Positions 1 to 13,108 of a DNA stretch of 64,000 bases are shown piece by piece. The stretch is taken from contig MU271391.1 in the NCBI GenBank assembly GCA_021432655.1, forward strand, positions 1-64,000. The letters run 5' to 3'. Position 1 is the stretch's first letter; the number at the start of each line of letters is the position of its first letter. Source of the DNA: Atractiella rhizophila (lineage: Eukaryota). Under the pieces are notes generated by a model. The model was not told the origin of the DNA. It did not search any database and was given only the letters and a program-made list of their open reading frames with translations. The position numbers and the translations under genes are program-made.

Positions 1-767
1 TCATATTCCAAAACGCTTCTCTTAGCGGCTCAGAATCGCAGGACCTGTGTGATTCAGGACAGCTAATGGCGCCTGTCATCCGCAATATTTTCCACCAATT
101 TTCCACATACACTCAGTGTATCCGTTCTCAAAGATGTCAGAAGGAACTTTTCTCTTTGTCCACAACCTCCTCGCACATTATATCTTGATGAACCAAGCCG
201 ATTGCCTCCCACCCAACCAATTGATTGTTCTGGAAGCTCTAAAATTTACTAGCTTCTCCCACTAGCTCCCACCCAGTGCTTATACAATGGGATTGATTCA
301 CACCGTGCATTGTTTGTCACACTTTCTCAAAGCGCACAACCCTCCCGCGTAAAATGAGGGTGCCAGGTAACACTGGGGCATAGTGGTACAAATGGTTGCG
401 GCGTCGTAGTTGAGAGAGTGACAAGACTTAAATATCTTAAAATGCACAGAAAGAAATATCGCGAAACGTAGAAATGCTTCAGAAAATGATTAATATGATT
501 GCTAGCAACTCGAACTTGGGACAACCAAGCATTGCACTTTCATGCTAAAACCTGCTCAGAGACATGACATGCATGGATGACACCCAGTGTCTAAAGGAAA
601 AGAAGGCGCACCAGGGGGAGCCTGGTAGATAGAACACGACTCCTGCTAGGACTCTTGTAGCTTCCCACTCTTTCCTGGTTTTATTTGGCGTGGGAAAGGT
701 TTTGAGACATTGCCACGCGACGCCGCGACGCGTCCCGTCAATAAGCATGAGCTCACAAAACGGCCGT

Positions 768-776
768 TATATAAAA
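768..776 (+). promoter_or_regulatory. TATA box of the glycosidase gene
   Basis: TATATAAAA about 50 nt upstream of the ATG at 825. Confidence 0.55.
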
Positions 777-824
777 GGGCTCTAGAAACATTCCCCTGAT
801 TTATCCTCCCCTGCACCTACCAAA

Positions 825-3800
825 ATGCCTCCCAAACGAAAAGTCTCGCAGAAAAAGGCACGTCAAGAGCCGTCGACTTCTTCTGAGACGTCTGAGCTGA
901 CGACGCCAACGCCTTCCACCTTTCGCTCCCACGACAAAAGCGACAAAAGTAGCAGAATCGCCAGGGACGACTCCAAGGGGATCGGAGGCGGAAAGGACAT
1001 CGGTGCACAGGGACTAGGCATTGGAGCGCCGCCTCAAGGCAACCTCTTGGACTGGTTGCGTGCTGAGATACTCCGAGGAAATGCGGGAGATCAAAATGCG
1101 AACGATAATGCTGGATTTCCTTCGACATCATCGCAGAAGGTTCCAGCGTCACAAAAATCGTCTTCCGGTGGCAACGAGCGAAGGGTTACGAGCGCAGAAC
1201 TAGACTCTTCTTCAACAGTTAGACCGGGTTCGACCACCAACGTTCAGGCATCCCGTTCAATAGATTCTCTCGCTCTCCTCGCAATGGATTCCTCCAGGCC
1301 TTCGTTGCATCTTCGTACCTCCACAGGAGGGACGCACCATCGACCCTCTTCCTTCGTCTATACTCCCAGTTCTTCCTTCTTTAATCCGCATCATCCCCGT
1401 TCCAGGACGCAGAGCCAGATGTCCAGCTTTTCGATGGGGAGCAATACCAGTAGTTGGAAGCCATTTCCAACGCCTGGATTGAAGATGCCCGAGTGGGAGA
1501 GGGAGGAGGATCCGCTGAATAAGTGGATCAGCACGGAGGAGAGGAGGCTGAAGGATACGGCGGACACAGGGAGCGATGAAGAGAACAGGAAGAAGAGGTG
1601 GCATTGGAAGAGGTGGGGTCCATATTTAAGCGAAAGAAGTTGGGGAACGGTGAGGGAGGACTACTCTGCTGATGGTGCGTTCTGTTCTTCATTTGGCCAA
1701 GTATGGTGGGGAAATGTTGATTTTTTTGAGTGCAGGAAATGCTTGGACTCCTCAGAGGCTAGCCTGACAGGTCTCTGATGGTACAGACAAGTCAGCTTTA
1801 TTGTATTTTGCTCATTTTGTTGAACGGTAGTTACAGCCTCTACAAGGCGCTCTGGTCTAGGGAGGCCACAAACTACTTGGTCAAGTAGGAGGGCAATTTC
1901 GGAAACTTCAAAAACTCTCGGCTTCCAAGCTCGCACTCTCAGCGTATTTCCCCCTAGTTAGGATGCTCGCTCGCTTGTCCTTAAACAACCGAACTCAATC
2001 CTGGGGTGCATTACCGGATGTTCGCCACAGTCTGTTGAGCGGACGTACTGTTCTTGTGTACGTAGTATTATCTTTGGCAGGAGGAGCAAGGTGTCTGAGA
2101 GGAGAGCGGGTAGAAGTCTAGCTAACTTCCACTCCCGCAGTCTTTACTTCTCTTTCACAAGTTTTTTGAAGCTCCGCTATAGAAGCATACAAAACAACAC
2201 GAAACGGTTGAGCTCGCGTTACAAGTCGGACAGTACCAAAGTCAATCGAAGGGGAGGGTGTTACGTGTTGCGTTTACACTGGTTGTACAACTCACTCATC
2301 TTCCGACCCCAACCATAGTCACTGTGATGTACAATTATAGCTTTCGCGCGTGGGTAGGTTGGGCAAGGTAGGCGGACGGAGTTCGAAGGTGGTCATCCGT
2401 TGCCAAGCGAAGACAACTTGTCTGGCTATAACAGTTCTGGATTCTTTGGCGGAAGCTTTTACAAGCGGGGACGGCATAGAAAGGCCAATTGGGTGGTTCA
2501 CTTTAACTCGTCGTCAAAGACCTTCTGCGAGAGTTCTTTGACCTCCAGAAGATGAGGCACGTAGAATGCGACCTAAAACTTCTGCGCCTTTCAGCGGGTA
2601 CGCACATGGCCTCCCAACTGCAGCGGTTTTAAGGTGAGTATCGATGTAGTTGGTTTACTGTAAACTCCACTCACCCTAACTTCCCTCTTTTGCTGGATGC
2701 GACCCTAACGAGGCAGCCCAAAGTACATGGTAAGTGCCCACTCGTTCAGATCAACGAAGAAGCGTTTCAGACCTAGCTGGTATCGTTCTCCCTACCACAC
2801 CTTCCGTCTTAGGGTACGACGCTTTTTTCCCATGAGGGTAAATAGGCCGTACGATTCCTATAGGGACCGCATTTTCACAAAGGTTAGGACAATTTGTTAG
2901 TCGAGTAACAGTCCATTCGTGCTGTTCTTCACTGTGCTTGTACTAAAGACTAGGTGAACGCGCTACGACCTCCAAAGCCAACAGGCAATAGGGGTAGGAC
3001 GGTGAGGAATACTCACTCTATTATCTTGACAAATGAGGTGTCGTAAGGACGGTTGCGGACGGAGTACTATAAGCTGTTCAGCCGTAACTCCGGTGGTGTC
3101 GAGAGCTTTGCTCTTATCTTGAGCAGGCGAAGAAGGGAAGAGGATAGGTATAAAAGTAGTTTGTCGAGGAGCAGGACTTATCGGCCTAGGAGTCTTTCCA
3201 AAAGAAGCAGTTGAACTGAGCGTGCTGGCGCGTAGGGGGCAAACGACCGTGCAGGCTCTTCTGCTTTACCCGTGGGTAAAAGCAAGGAAGAAACCGTCCT
3301 AACTATTTCGGCCCGTAACACGCGACCCATGCTACACGTCTTCTCTCAAAACCTCAAAGACGGGGACTCGAACTTGGCCTCCTCGGTCTACTCAGGCACG
3401 AGAGTCTGGAACATACCGGCAGACGTAGAGGTAAGCCGTGAGGTAATCCGTACACACGTAAGTTTAAGGTGTGAAGGAGGAACAGACGTTTGACGGTGAG
3501 GAAGCCGGATACGACTCCCTGCTATACTAGCACCTTCCGCAGGAACTGCTTTCCACATTGCAACAAGGGTGGCATCTCTGCAAATATTAACGAGAGCAAG
3601 AGGCATTTGTAGTTGAGCCCTTGTTGTTGAAGAAGTCACCAGACCTACGGCAACGGCACTGGTAACCTTATAGGGAACCCGTACCCCCCTGGTCATCCTC
3701 GTCCCCTAAGCAACTACACCTTCATCTTAGCAGGTTCTAGGCCTAGGAGCTCGCAAAGTCAAGCTACCAGTTAAACATGTCAGCGCCATCTCGTGGCAAG

Positions 3801-5439
3801 CAGCTAGCTTTGCCAAAGGAAGTAGAACCCATATTGGAACCCTGCTCCTCTACAGGTGCTGGTCGACAAAGCCTTCTCCTAGACTCCTTGTTATACATTT
3901 CACCGCCCAAGCCCAGGAGCTAACTTCCGACACTATGCCTACCTGCAACGTAAACCCAGTAGCCTTAGAAATCGTATGATATAATCCACGTTATTGCGAA
4001 AGTGTGGCCAGGTCTATATTCATTCTCTTTCCTGCTTGGAGCTGTTTGTGTAGGGTTATGAATAGCAGTAGCTTTCGCAGCCACAGTTCCTAGAGTATGA
4101 GACGTTGTAGGGCAGGGGAGAAAGCTAAGAGAAGATTGTTGACCAGTATTCCTTTGCGCCTAACGCCCATGAACATCTCTTTAAAGTACATACTTACGCA
4201 GCCGCACGACAGATCTATCATCATTTCGAGAAACTGCAGAAGAGGCACCAAAGGATTGTGTTAAGTAGAGTCGAACCAAGAAAGTTTGAGTTTCTCTTGG
4301 GTGGAAGCACTAATGGTTGAGGTTTGTTTGCGAGGAAGTCGTAAAACAGGAACGGTAAGGTGTCGCGTTCTCTCTTTCGCTCCGCGACTACTAATAGTCT
4401 CATTGGTCGTTACGGTAGGAGAGGGGTAGATTTGTGAGACGAGGACCTTTGTAGTACCCCTTTCACCNNNNNNNNNNNNNNNNNNNNNNNNNNNNNNNNN
4501 NNNNNNNNNNNNNNNNNNNNNNNNNNNNNNNNNNNNNNNNNNNNNNNNNNNNNNNNNNNNNNNNNNNNNNNNNNNTGTCACCTTATGGTATCCGCTCTCT
4601 CTCCGTCGAACACAAGGAAAAGCCGTACTCCATGACTGTCAACAATCAAGAATTCAGTGTGAACTACTGGCCAGGAGACTCCCACAGTCCTATGTTTGGC
4701 GGCAACAGCAATTGGAGAGGACCTATCTGGCTCGCAACTACATTCCTTCTGATTGAGAGTTTGCAGAGGTTCTATCAGGTTCGTTGTCCACATCTTGATG
4801 CTGAAATTGCTCAGAGGATTATGTAGTATTACGGCGATTCCTTCACTATCGAGTGCCCGACTGGCTCAGGGACGATGATGAATCTCGCTCAAATCGCTGA
4901 CGAGATCCAGAAGCGTGTCATTAAGATTTTTGCTAGAGATGACGAGGTCGGTCTTCCCATCCTAAGTCGTCCAACTGGCTTTACTTAGAAGTGTGCAGGG
5001 GAGAAGAGCATACAACGGAGGAAATGATCGCCTAGACCACGATCCTCACTTCCGCGACCACATCCTCTTCTACGAGTACTTCCACGCCGACAACGCGAAG
5101 GGGATCGGTGCTTCGCATCAAACTGGATGGTTGGTCATTTCCTCTTCCAATCAGACCGGATGGTGATGCTCTTCACACAGGACTGGTTTGGTAGCGTGGA
5201 TGATTTGGCAGTCGGGAAGGAACATCCCTGTTCCTCAGACGCCGAAATCTGCTGCTGCTCACTACTTGTGAGTCGCTTCCTTACCACCAGAGACCAATGG
5301 CTTATTCTGCGCGTGTAGCGACGAACACGTCCCTCCTACGCCTGGAGGATCGGAGTATGGGGACAGCTTGAGCATGTTCAGCAACTACAGTGCTTACGCT
5401 CCGAGCGAACCTGCCAACTTGGAGCCGGATGAGCTTTAA
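825..5439 (+). CDS. YMR196W-like / MGH1-like six-hairpin glycoside hydrolase (GH63-related), multi-exon; central part is present only as reversed sequence
   Basis: Exon 1 ends [24 protein letters not shown], followed by an intron at 1675-1735. The reversed block supplies [49 protein letters not shown] and [15 protein letters not shown]. After the gap come [24 protein letters not shown] and [21 protein letters not shown]; stop TAA 5437-5439. Confidence 0.9.
1749..4467. other. Reversed (non-complemented) segment of the glycosidase gene
   Basis: Reading 4467->1749 without complementing gives C CAC TTT CCC CAT GAT GTT TCC AGG AGC AGA GTG TTT AGA TGG GGA GAG GAT ([17 protein letters not shown]). 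This continues the frame of ...AAT GCT TGG AC at 1738-1748 and contains GT..AG introns. The left boundary is uncertain by about 2 nt. Confidence 0.95.
4468..4575. other. Assembly gap (108 N)
   Basis: Run of N directly after the reversed block. Confidence 1.
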
Positions 5440-5877
5440 GACAATGCATACACATGGCATGGACTCAAAAGTGTGCTATCTGGCGTTTTCTGGAGATTTG
5501 GACTGAAAAGGATTACAGGAATTTCATGATTGGTTTTGTGGGCTCAAAATAGAAGGATTTGTGACTGTATACTCGACATTCTTCAATTGTAGATTTCTTA
5601 TGGTGTTTCCGATAAGCGTGTGAGAGGTTCGATGGAGTTTGGTTAGATGGCCGCGTGAGACAACACGGAGACGCAACGAGAAAGCGGATAAGATTCGATA
5701 TTGAAGGCAGGAGTGGTGATACATCTCACAATTACACTAAAATTCCAAATCACAAACACGAACGGTGGTCAGACAACCATTCTTCGAAAGTCCATACAAC
5801 GAAACGGAACGCGAAATCCATGGATGTCTCTGAAGGAAGCGAAACCAAAAGCACAAATCCCCCCGTCGTCATTGCTC

Positions 5878-6869
5878 TCACTGCAAGCCAGACTCTCCCA
5901 ATGCACCGGCTCCCGTGACGCGCCTCAACTCCTCTTCGAACTTCTCCGCCTTCTGCTTCCACGCGTCCCTCTCGTGCATCAACTTGTTCACTTCGTCTTC
6001 CAGCGACTTCACGTGTTCCTGCTTCCTGGCTCGGGATCGGCGAGCAGCTAACCTGTTTCCGGAAGACTGTGGTAAGTATATATTGGTCATGGAAATGAAG
6101 GAATGACGGACGTATTCTGCCGCCGTTTGATTTCGATCGAGGAGAGGAGGGATTGTGGGAGCTCTTGTCCGTCATCCCCGAGGTTGGAACCGTCTGCTGC
6201 TCGTACAAACATGAGTGTCAGCCGAGATGGCCTATTCTAAAGTGAAGTGAAAGGGAGACAAACCTTGCAATGAGTCGTCGATTGGAACTTCGTCGTTCGC
6301 GGTTCGTCGTTTCTTGGTTGGATTTCCACTGTTCAGCACGTGAGTGATTGGTTCCTCCCGATCAAGAGTCAAAGGAAAGGCGTACATCTGAGGGTCCGGC
6401 TTCCGAGAAGTTGCAGACGGCGTAAGGTACGTCCTGTGGAACAAGGGTCAGCCCTTGCGTTCATAGACAATGACGGATAAAGGACAAAGGGAACATACCT
6501 GGTTTGGGTGGGAGCGTCATACTCAATCAGTGGAGCCATCTTCCTCATCCCTCTCACCCTCCTGGTATTGTCACCGTCGTCCTTCAAGCTATTTACGGTT
6601 CGTTGAGTGTTCGACTGTCTCGCGCCTCCCGTGCTCCTCTTCCTCTTTCCGCTGGCAGTCACCTGCTGTGGCTCGTCTTCTTCCTCTAATTCATCCGCGA
6701 TGGTAGGATCGACGTCGTCTTCCACGTCGCCATCATGATTCGTGAAGAAGTCGAGGCCGGAAACGGGTATGTCGCCTGAATTACGATTGGTCTGGAGGAA
6801 GCCAGTAGCGGCTGCGAGTTTCGCGAGTTGCTCGGCTGATGCGTTCGCTGAGAAAGGGACGGTAGACAT
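5878..6869 (-). CDS. bZIP transcription factor (multi-exon)
   Basis: N-terminus MSTVPFSANAS...; the last exon has the basic region and zipper NRLAARRSRARKQEHVKSLEDEVNKLMHERDAWKQKAEKFEEEL. Confidence 0.85.
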
Positions 6870-7161
6870 GGTTTCTGTGGCTCTTCAAGGTAGACTGGGT
6901 TGAGGCGAGCCAAGGTTGTTTGGTAAACGTGATTCGCTTTCGAGGGCGAGATTCGATGGCGATGGTGACTCGTTGGGGAGTCACAAAATTTGAAGGGAGT
7001 CAGGGTTTTATGCGGACTGCGCGCGGCTGCGGAGTGAGTCAGTTCCCGTGGCAAACCTAATCCGGACAGCCTTCTTCTGCTCCGGCGGACACGGCACGCA
7101 AACACAAACAACTAAGCGAACAAGAAGCTCTGAAAGTGACTTGAAAGCTTGAATTTTGGAG

Positions 7162-8007
7162 ATGGTCTTGCAAAACAAACACAAGGCGAAAGCTTCGTAT
7201 AGATACAAGAAGGCTCATGGCATACCTACACGGCGTGAAGGTGTAAAAGGGAAGGAGGCAGAGCAGTTTCCCGCACTTCCCAGCCAAGATGTCGTGCACA
7301 CTGGCAGTGGAAGCGAGGGAGATGCTGAAGAAGCAGAGGAAACAGGCGAAGCTGCGAACGGTATCGTACCACCTCTATTGATCGTGCAGATGCTGATGTT
7401 TAGGCAGACTCGAAGGCGACGGCGGCAGAGGAACAGAAAGCAGAGGAATCTGAACCAGAACCAGAAGTCGACCTCTCCTCCTTCCTAGCCAAGCAGCTCT
7501 CTCTGTCCTCATCTTCTGTACCACTGGGTTTCAAACCTGCCGATGACGACGATTTGGACTTACGTTACGTGAAAGATCGCTCGTCTCTTCCAAAGAAGCC
7601 TCTTGAAATATTGTCTGAGGAGGAGATGAAGAAGGTTGAGATCATGGATGAGGACAGGAAGAAGAGGGAGGCGATACAAGAGATCAAACAACGGCTAGGG
7701 AAGGGATATGTGGAAGAGAAGAAGAAGAGGAAGTTTGATCTGAAGAAGAATGTTGATAAGGAGCAAGAGGATCAGTTTGACATTGACGAGTTCCTGAATG
7801 AACCACCGTCTAGTATAAAAGAAGAAGGAGTAACAGCGAAGAGCGCAACTCGTCCGTCTTCTTCCTTCATCTTCGGCTGTTTGAAGCTGACGTTTTGGCG
7901 GAACAGGATCATTGACTCATTCTGCTCCAACGGACACTCCGATCGATGACTTTCTTGATGAAGTGCTACGAGACTCTTCCGGGACATTCGGAAGGGTAAA
8001 ACGCTGA
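7162..8007 (+). CDS. Hypothetical charged protein (about 3 exons), divergent from the bZIP gene
   Basis: MVLQNKHKAKASYRYKKAHG start, E/K-rich ORFs joined by short GT-AG introns, ending IDDFLDEVL...VKR* at 8005-8007. Confidence 0.65.
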
Positions 8008-8519
8008 TGATACTTCTTGTGTGTATTTCATCAAGTATAGGTGTTCTGTAAATGCTTTACTGTTGTACCATCGCTATGTCCCATGAGAACCATTGTGCCG
8101 TACGAGCCTGTCACATTTCTCCAGTTGGTACAGTGGAGAGCTATTTATGAGGGAAAGGAAAGGTGTTGACGGATTTTGAACGCTTTGGAAGATTGAGGCT
8201 TCAATCCTGTCTGTGTTTTGAATTTGTTATTCATATTCAGATTGGCTCAAGCCAGTGATTAATATGATTTCGCGAATTTTGTTGCAAGATGTTGAAGGTT
8301 AGCTGACCGTGGCTAACTTTGACTGTATGGGCTGACTTCTCCCCCTTCTCCCCCAATCAACTTCTTCTCTATCCTTCATAGGGCTAACTTCTCCATGGCG
8401 TCGTCTCCCGCCGCGTAATCTTGCAACCGATGCGGTCCCACAATCTACCTCTCAGAGATCTCATATCTCATCATTTCTACGCCGATGCTTCATTATCCCT
8501 CGTGAGCCAAACCAAGCTG

Positions 8520-9986
8520 ATGTCGAACAACTCCATATTGTCCATCGTGATTGTTGGTGCCGGGCTCGGTGGTCTCTCAGCGGCCATTGCCTGTGCGATC
8601 GCAGGTCATTCAGTAACGGTACTGGAAGCCGTCGCTGAGCTTGCTGAAGTCTGTCCCCCTTCTCCTTTCTGTTCGATAGACAGCTCATACCGAGCCCGAG
8701 TGCTATAGATTGGCGCAGGTCTTCAGATCACACCAAATGCCGCAAAAATCCTGCGCACATATGGGCTAGGTTCTTCTCTGGAAGAGCTGGGTGCTGTTCC
8801 CACCTACATCGCCGTTCGTCGATATTCAGATGGCAAGATCCTGGCGTACGAGGATGGTTTCGATATCAATCTGAAGCGCAAATATGGCGAACCCTTCTTC
8901 GACATCCACCGCGCTGATCTCCAAATCATGCTCTACAACAAAGCAGTCTCCCTCGGCGTCAAAGCCATCTTCAACGCTCGCGTCGAGAAGGTGATCACGT
9001 CTCCCACTCCCCAAGTCGTGTCTTCCAAGGGAGATGTGTACACAGCCGACCTCGTCGTTGGTGCTGACGGTCTGTGGTCAAAATGCCGTGAATGTCTCCT
9101 TAATGCGGTCGACAAGCCACTCCCCACCGGCGATTTAGCGTACAGGATTGTCCTTACTCTGGAACAAGTGGATGATCCTGCCATCAAGGAATTGATCACC
9201 AAACCGTCCGTAAACTTCTGGATCGGCCCAGGCGCACATTCGGTTGGTTATTCTTTACGCGCAGGAAGGATGTATAACCTTGTCCTCCTCTGCCCGGACG
9301 ATCTCGACGAGGGAGTCGCGAAGCAAGCTGGGACGGTGGAGCAGATGAAAAAGCTCTTCGAGAACTGGGATCCACAGTTGAGGAAGTTGTTGGATCATGT
9401 CAAGACGGCTGGAATAGACAAATGGAAGCTCATGCATCGAGAAGAGCTGGAAGCGTGGACCAACGAGGGGAAGAATTTCGTCTTGATGGGCGATGCATGC
9501 CATCCCATGCTTCCCTATCTAGCACAGGGAGCAAATTCTTCTATTGAGGATGGAGCGGTTCTCGGGAGATTACTGAGTTATGTGAAGAGAAAGGACCAGC
9601 TGAGGACTGCAATTAGTCTGTACGAGAAGTTGAGGAAAGAAAGAGGAGAGCGGATCGCAAGGGAAACATTTAAACAGGTTCGTGCCATACAGTTCTCAAG
9701 CACACGCCACGCTAACCGACCGCTGCCTTCCACTCTGATAGAGACATCAATTCCATATGCCGGATGGGAAGGAGCAGCAAGAACGCGACGCAATTTTCGA
9801 GGGATGGCTTGGAAAGGAATTGACAGAGCCGTTTCCAAGCAGGTGGTAAGCGTCCCACTCAGCTACCTTCGGAAGATAGCACTAAGGATGAAATGTAGGA
9901 CTTGCCCCGAGGTTCAGCCGTGGTTATATGGTTATGACGCGTTTAATGAGGCAGATGCCGCTGCAAAGGATTTGTGCTCCCCGTAA
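8520..9986 (+). CDS. FAD-dependent monooxygenase (salicylate hydroxylase-like, group A)
   Basis: IVIVGAGLGGL Rossmann motif, EIGAGLQITPN across intron 1, ADLVVGADGLWS, VLMGDACHPMLPYLAQGANSSIEDG. Confidence 0.92.
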
Positions 9987-10153
9987 CTGCCAGCGAAACT
10001 GATTCATGCCACCCTACAATCACTCCGTCGAAGTAGCGCAACAACATTGATGAACAGTGGTATAAACGACAACATAGCTACAGCACTGCTGCTTATTAGT
10101 TACAGAAACGGAACAAAAGTTGATTTCCCTGCGTCTCCAGACACAGATTTTGC

Positions 10154-11890
10154 CTACCACCTGGGATCGGCAACGTCTTCATCCCCTTTCTCGTTCCACA
10201 ACACCTCAAAGTAGCTCCCTTCGTAACGGTAAACACCTTCAGCCACATTGCAAGGCTTGAATCCTTGTTCCGTGTTATGAACGTCATAATCCAGCGCAAG
10301 AAGCCTCGTCGCAAAAGTGTCGAAAGCCCACGGGAGGTCACCGAACAATGGGGTGATGGATAGAGAAAATCGCCGAGACGCGTATTTCCTTCGATTCGCA
10401 AGAAACCTTGGGATCGTTTCGGGTTCGATGAAGGACCAATGGATGTCAAGTCCAACGAGAAGAGGGAAATTTGCAAGATCGTTCAGAAAATGCTCTGATA
10501 TCACTCCCGATCGCTCGTGTCCACCATCGATAAGAATTTGGCCAAGGTCTGACGGGGTGTAAGCACAAATTGATACATAGAAAACGCACTTACTTTGCAA
10601 AAGACAAAAATGGCGATCGAGAGGCTCCGACATCAGTGGACCGAGTTCAATTTGAGAATCAGAGTGTGGACGAAAGTGACATGCGAGCCCGTACAAGTGA
10701 GGTCGGAGACTGGACGTGATCCCCAGAAGTTCCAGGGGACTCAGGAGACCAGGCCAAAAGCTTTCGAAGCTAAAATTAAAACCAAATCCATGTTTCTCTG
10801 ACGGCGCAGTTGGCAGAAGAAAGGGCAAAAAGGCTCGCAATGTGGTAGCATGGACAGGGCATGCTCGAATCGTCAAAGTTCGCAAGTTTGGAGCAACCTG
10901 TCCAGTGCAAAAATTGTTCCTCAACCGCAAGTCCCATCCACAGATAACGAGAGCCTTCACTGTAAGTCCTTTTGAAAGAAGGAAAGCGAGATCGTCCGTC
11001 GTCCATCGACAAGTCTGATGCCTTCTCGTATTCGTCATCTGAAGTACATCCAACGGCGGAAGGGACATTAAACAGCTTAAAATTCGGGTTCGGACCTCCC
11101 TCTTCGGTGGCGGTTTAACAAAGAGATAGATCGAAGTCAGCTTCGTGCACAAAGTGAAGACGTCTTCTAGAAGAGCCCACGTAATGTTCTCGTGTTCGAA
11201 AGACTGATCTCTGACAATGATCTGACGCAAGTGCGGTGCAGCAGCGGAGGGATATTGCCTGAAAAAATTTAGGGGAGATATCTGAGGATCGCTTACTTGA
11301 GGAACACGAAGTGGCCAAGACGCTGCAGATTTACCACAACCTATCGTTCCTAGGACGCGGCAGAGAGAAGCGAGGGCTGTTTTCGCAAAATATCTGTTAA
11401 CGAGACGAATCTGTTGGAGGTATCGAGGGAGATGAGATCTTCCACGACTTTCCATATCCACATCATCGGCTGCGATCATGGAAGTGAAAATCATGTGCAT
11501 GAGTTCAGGAGGGAGGTCCATGAAAGGGTCACATTCGCATTTTTCTTGCAACAGAACTGTAACCGTGACTGAAAAACGATCCTCGACGACCGGAGACATC
11601 TTCCAATTTGGCGTGGCATTTGCCAGTACCATTGACTGAGACTCTTCGTGGTGTAATAGGACAAAAATATAGTCGGTTGCTTCACTTTGTTCAATCTCGA
11701 ATGTGACAGGAAAAATGGATTCGTCCCTGGGCTTTCTGAATTGGAATTCATCATCCCAAGAAAAGCAATTGACGTTGAGTGAGCATTGTTTTGCGGTCCA
11801 TAAAGCGCGAGCGCGATTCGTAAAGTTGTAACTGATCCGTTCAGAATCTAGTTGACGACCTGCGGAAGCTGACACAAAAGCGAGAAGCAT
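10154..11890 (-). CDS. F-box-like / leucine-rich protein, member 1 of a local family (578-aa ORF; an upstream exon is possible)
   Basis: Long intact ORF with PFMDLPPELMHMIF F-box-like motif, LRR-like segments (LTSIYL, VKALVI, LRTLTI), and DGGH and TPLFG motifs. Confidence 0.7.
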   Translation of the reverse strand: MLLAFVSASAGRQLDSERISYNFTNRARALWTAKQCSLNVNCFSWDDEFQFRKPRDESIFPVTFEIEQSEATDYIFVLLHHEESQSMVLANATPNWKMSPVVEDRFSVTVTVLLQEKCECDPFMDLPPELMHMIFTSMIAADDVDMESRGRSHLPRYLQQIRLVNRYFAKTALASLCRVLGTIGCGKSAASWPLRVPQVSDPQISPLNFFRQYPSAAAPHLRQIIVRDQSFEHENITWALLEDVFTLCTKLTSIYLFVKPPPKREVRTRILSCLMSLPPLDVLQMTNTRRHQTCRWTTDDLAFLLSKGLTVKALVICGWDLRLRNNFCTGQVAPNLRTLTIRACPVHATTLRAFLPFLLPTAPSEKHGFGFNFSFESFWPGLLSPLELLGITSSLRPHLYGLACHFRPHSDSQIELGPLMSEPLDRHFCLLQSKCVFYVSICAYTPSDLGQILIDGGHERSGVISEHFLNDLANFPLLVGLDIHWSFIEPETIPRFLANRRKYASRRFSLSITPLFGDLPWAFDTFATRLLALDYDVHNTEQGFKPCNVAEGVYRYEGSYFEVLWNEKGDEDVADPRW

Positions 11891-13108
11891 TATCTGTTTG
11901 CGATGATCAAGCGGTCTCTAACCAAATCCTGATATGGGTCGCGAGGGTAGGAGCGAGTCTTGAGGTCTTTTAACCAAAGAACTGTAACATTCTAGTTGAG
12001 CCCAAGTGCCAAGTCAAAGACCATATTTGTGGCTTGGGGTATTATTAATGGTTCCTACTTCTTTTGATAGTGATCCAGAAAGAAAACAGAATGAGCACAC
12101 CGGTCTCCGAACCTCAGCTATGACATAACTGCAACCAGCAACAAGGTGGATTGATGGATGCAACGGATGTGCTTCTATAAAGTTTAAATGGGCTTCAGCC
12201 GCTCGCACAGCAAAGGCAGAACAGAACCGGATAGTTGCTGCTCAGCCCAATTCGTGCTCCAGTGCAAACTGCACTATGGCCGTGCTGCATCACTGCATCA
12301 CGAGCCAAATCTAGCACTTCAAACATAGGGAAGCAACCGCAGTGCTTCGACCTCTTGTCGGCGACGGGCACAGAGCACGGCCATTCGCGTATAAGGATGT
12401 AGATGGAGGCTTCGGGAAAGAGAGAACCGGACTCTTCTCGCGTTTGTCCCATCAATGGTGGGGCTGAAAATTTGAAAGCACAGCGACAAACATCCAAACA
12501 TTCAATACCACCGAGCAATGGAGCAATGGATTCAGCTGGATCCAGTATTGTTCATTGTTCAACCGTCCTCTCACCGTCGCTCTGATGGGGATCTCTCCAG
12601 CCTTCATAGCTTCAGGCCATGCTGAAGGACGTGAAAGAAAAAAAAGCCAATAGAAAAACACGGACGAGCTAAGCGCATTTGCTTGCCCTGCAATCCATCA
12701 AGGAGGCTCCATCAACTTCACAAAGGCTTCAATTTTCCCCATCCTACTGCTTGACTCTGAACGTTTGGAAACGTCCTCTCTCGATGACTGAAGCTTCAAT
12801 TTCAACATTGAATATTGAGCACTGAATAGTGAGTATCATTGGACAGAGTATTGAGTACTGAAGCCTCACAGGCCTCACCTCGTGTCGAACATTGATACAA
12901 TCGCGCTGAGCACGTGGGGGGTCTAGGAGAATTCTTTCTGAAGGGAAATGAAGATTAATCTTGCCTTTTCGCTCCTTCTTAAGAGACATAAATACGCGTG
13001 AATAGTACAATGTCCTTTTATAAAGCCACAATATTCGAAAATCTGAGTACACGCGTCTTGCTCAGGGTTCCGGGTTCTCTTCTGCTCTTCCCGCTTCCTT
13101 TGCTTTCC

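Noticed and set aside
2091..4403. Short ORFs in the six-frame track within the reversed block
   Set aside because: Spurious; the real coding information is in the reversed, non-complemented reading.
1749..4467. Interpretation as a transposon insertion or ordinary inversion in the glycosidase gene
   Set aside because: The reverse complement gives no glycosidase or transposase frame; only the plain reverse restores the gene.
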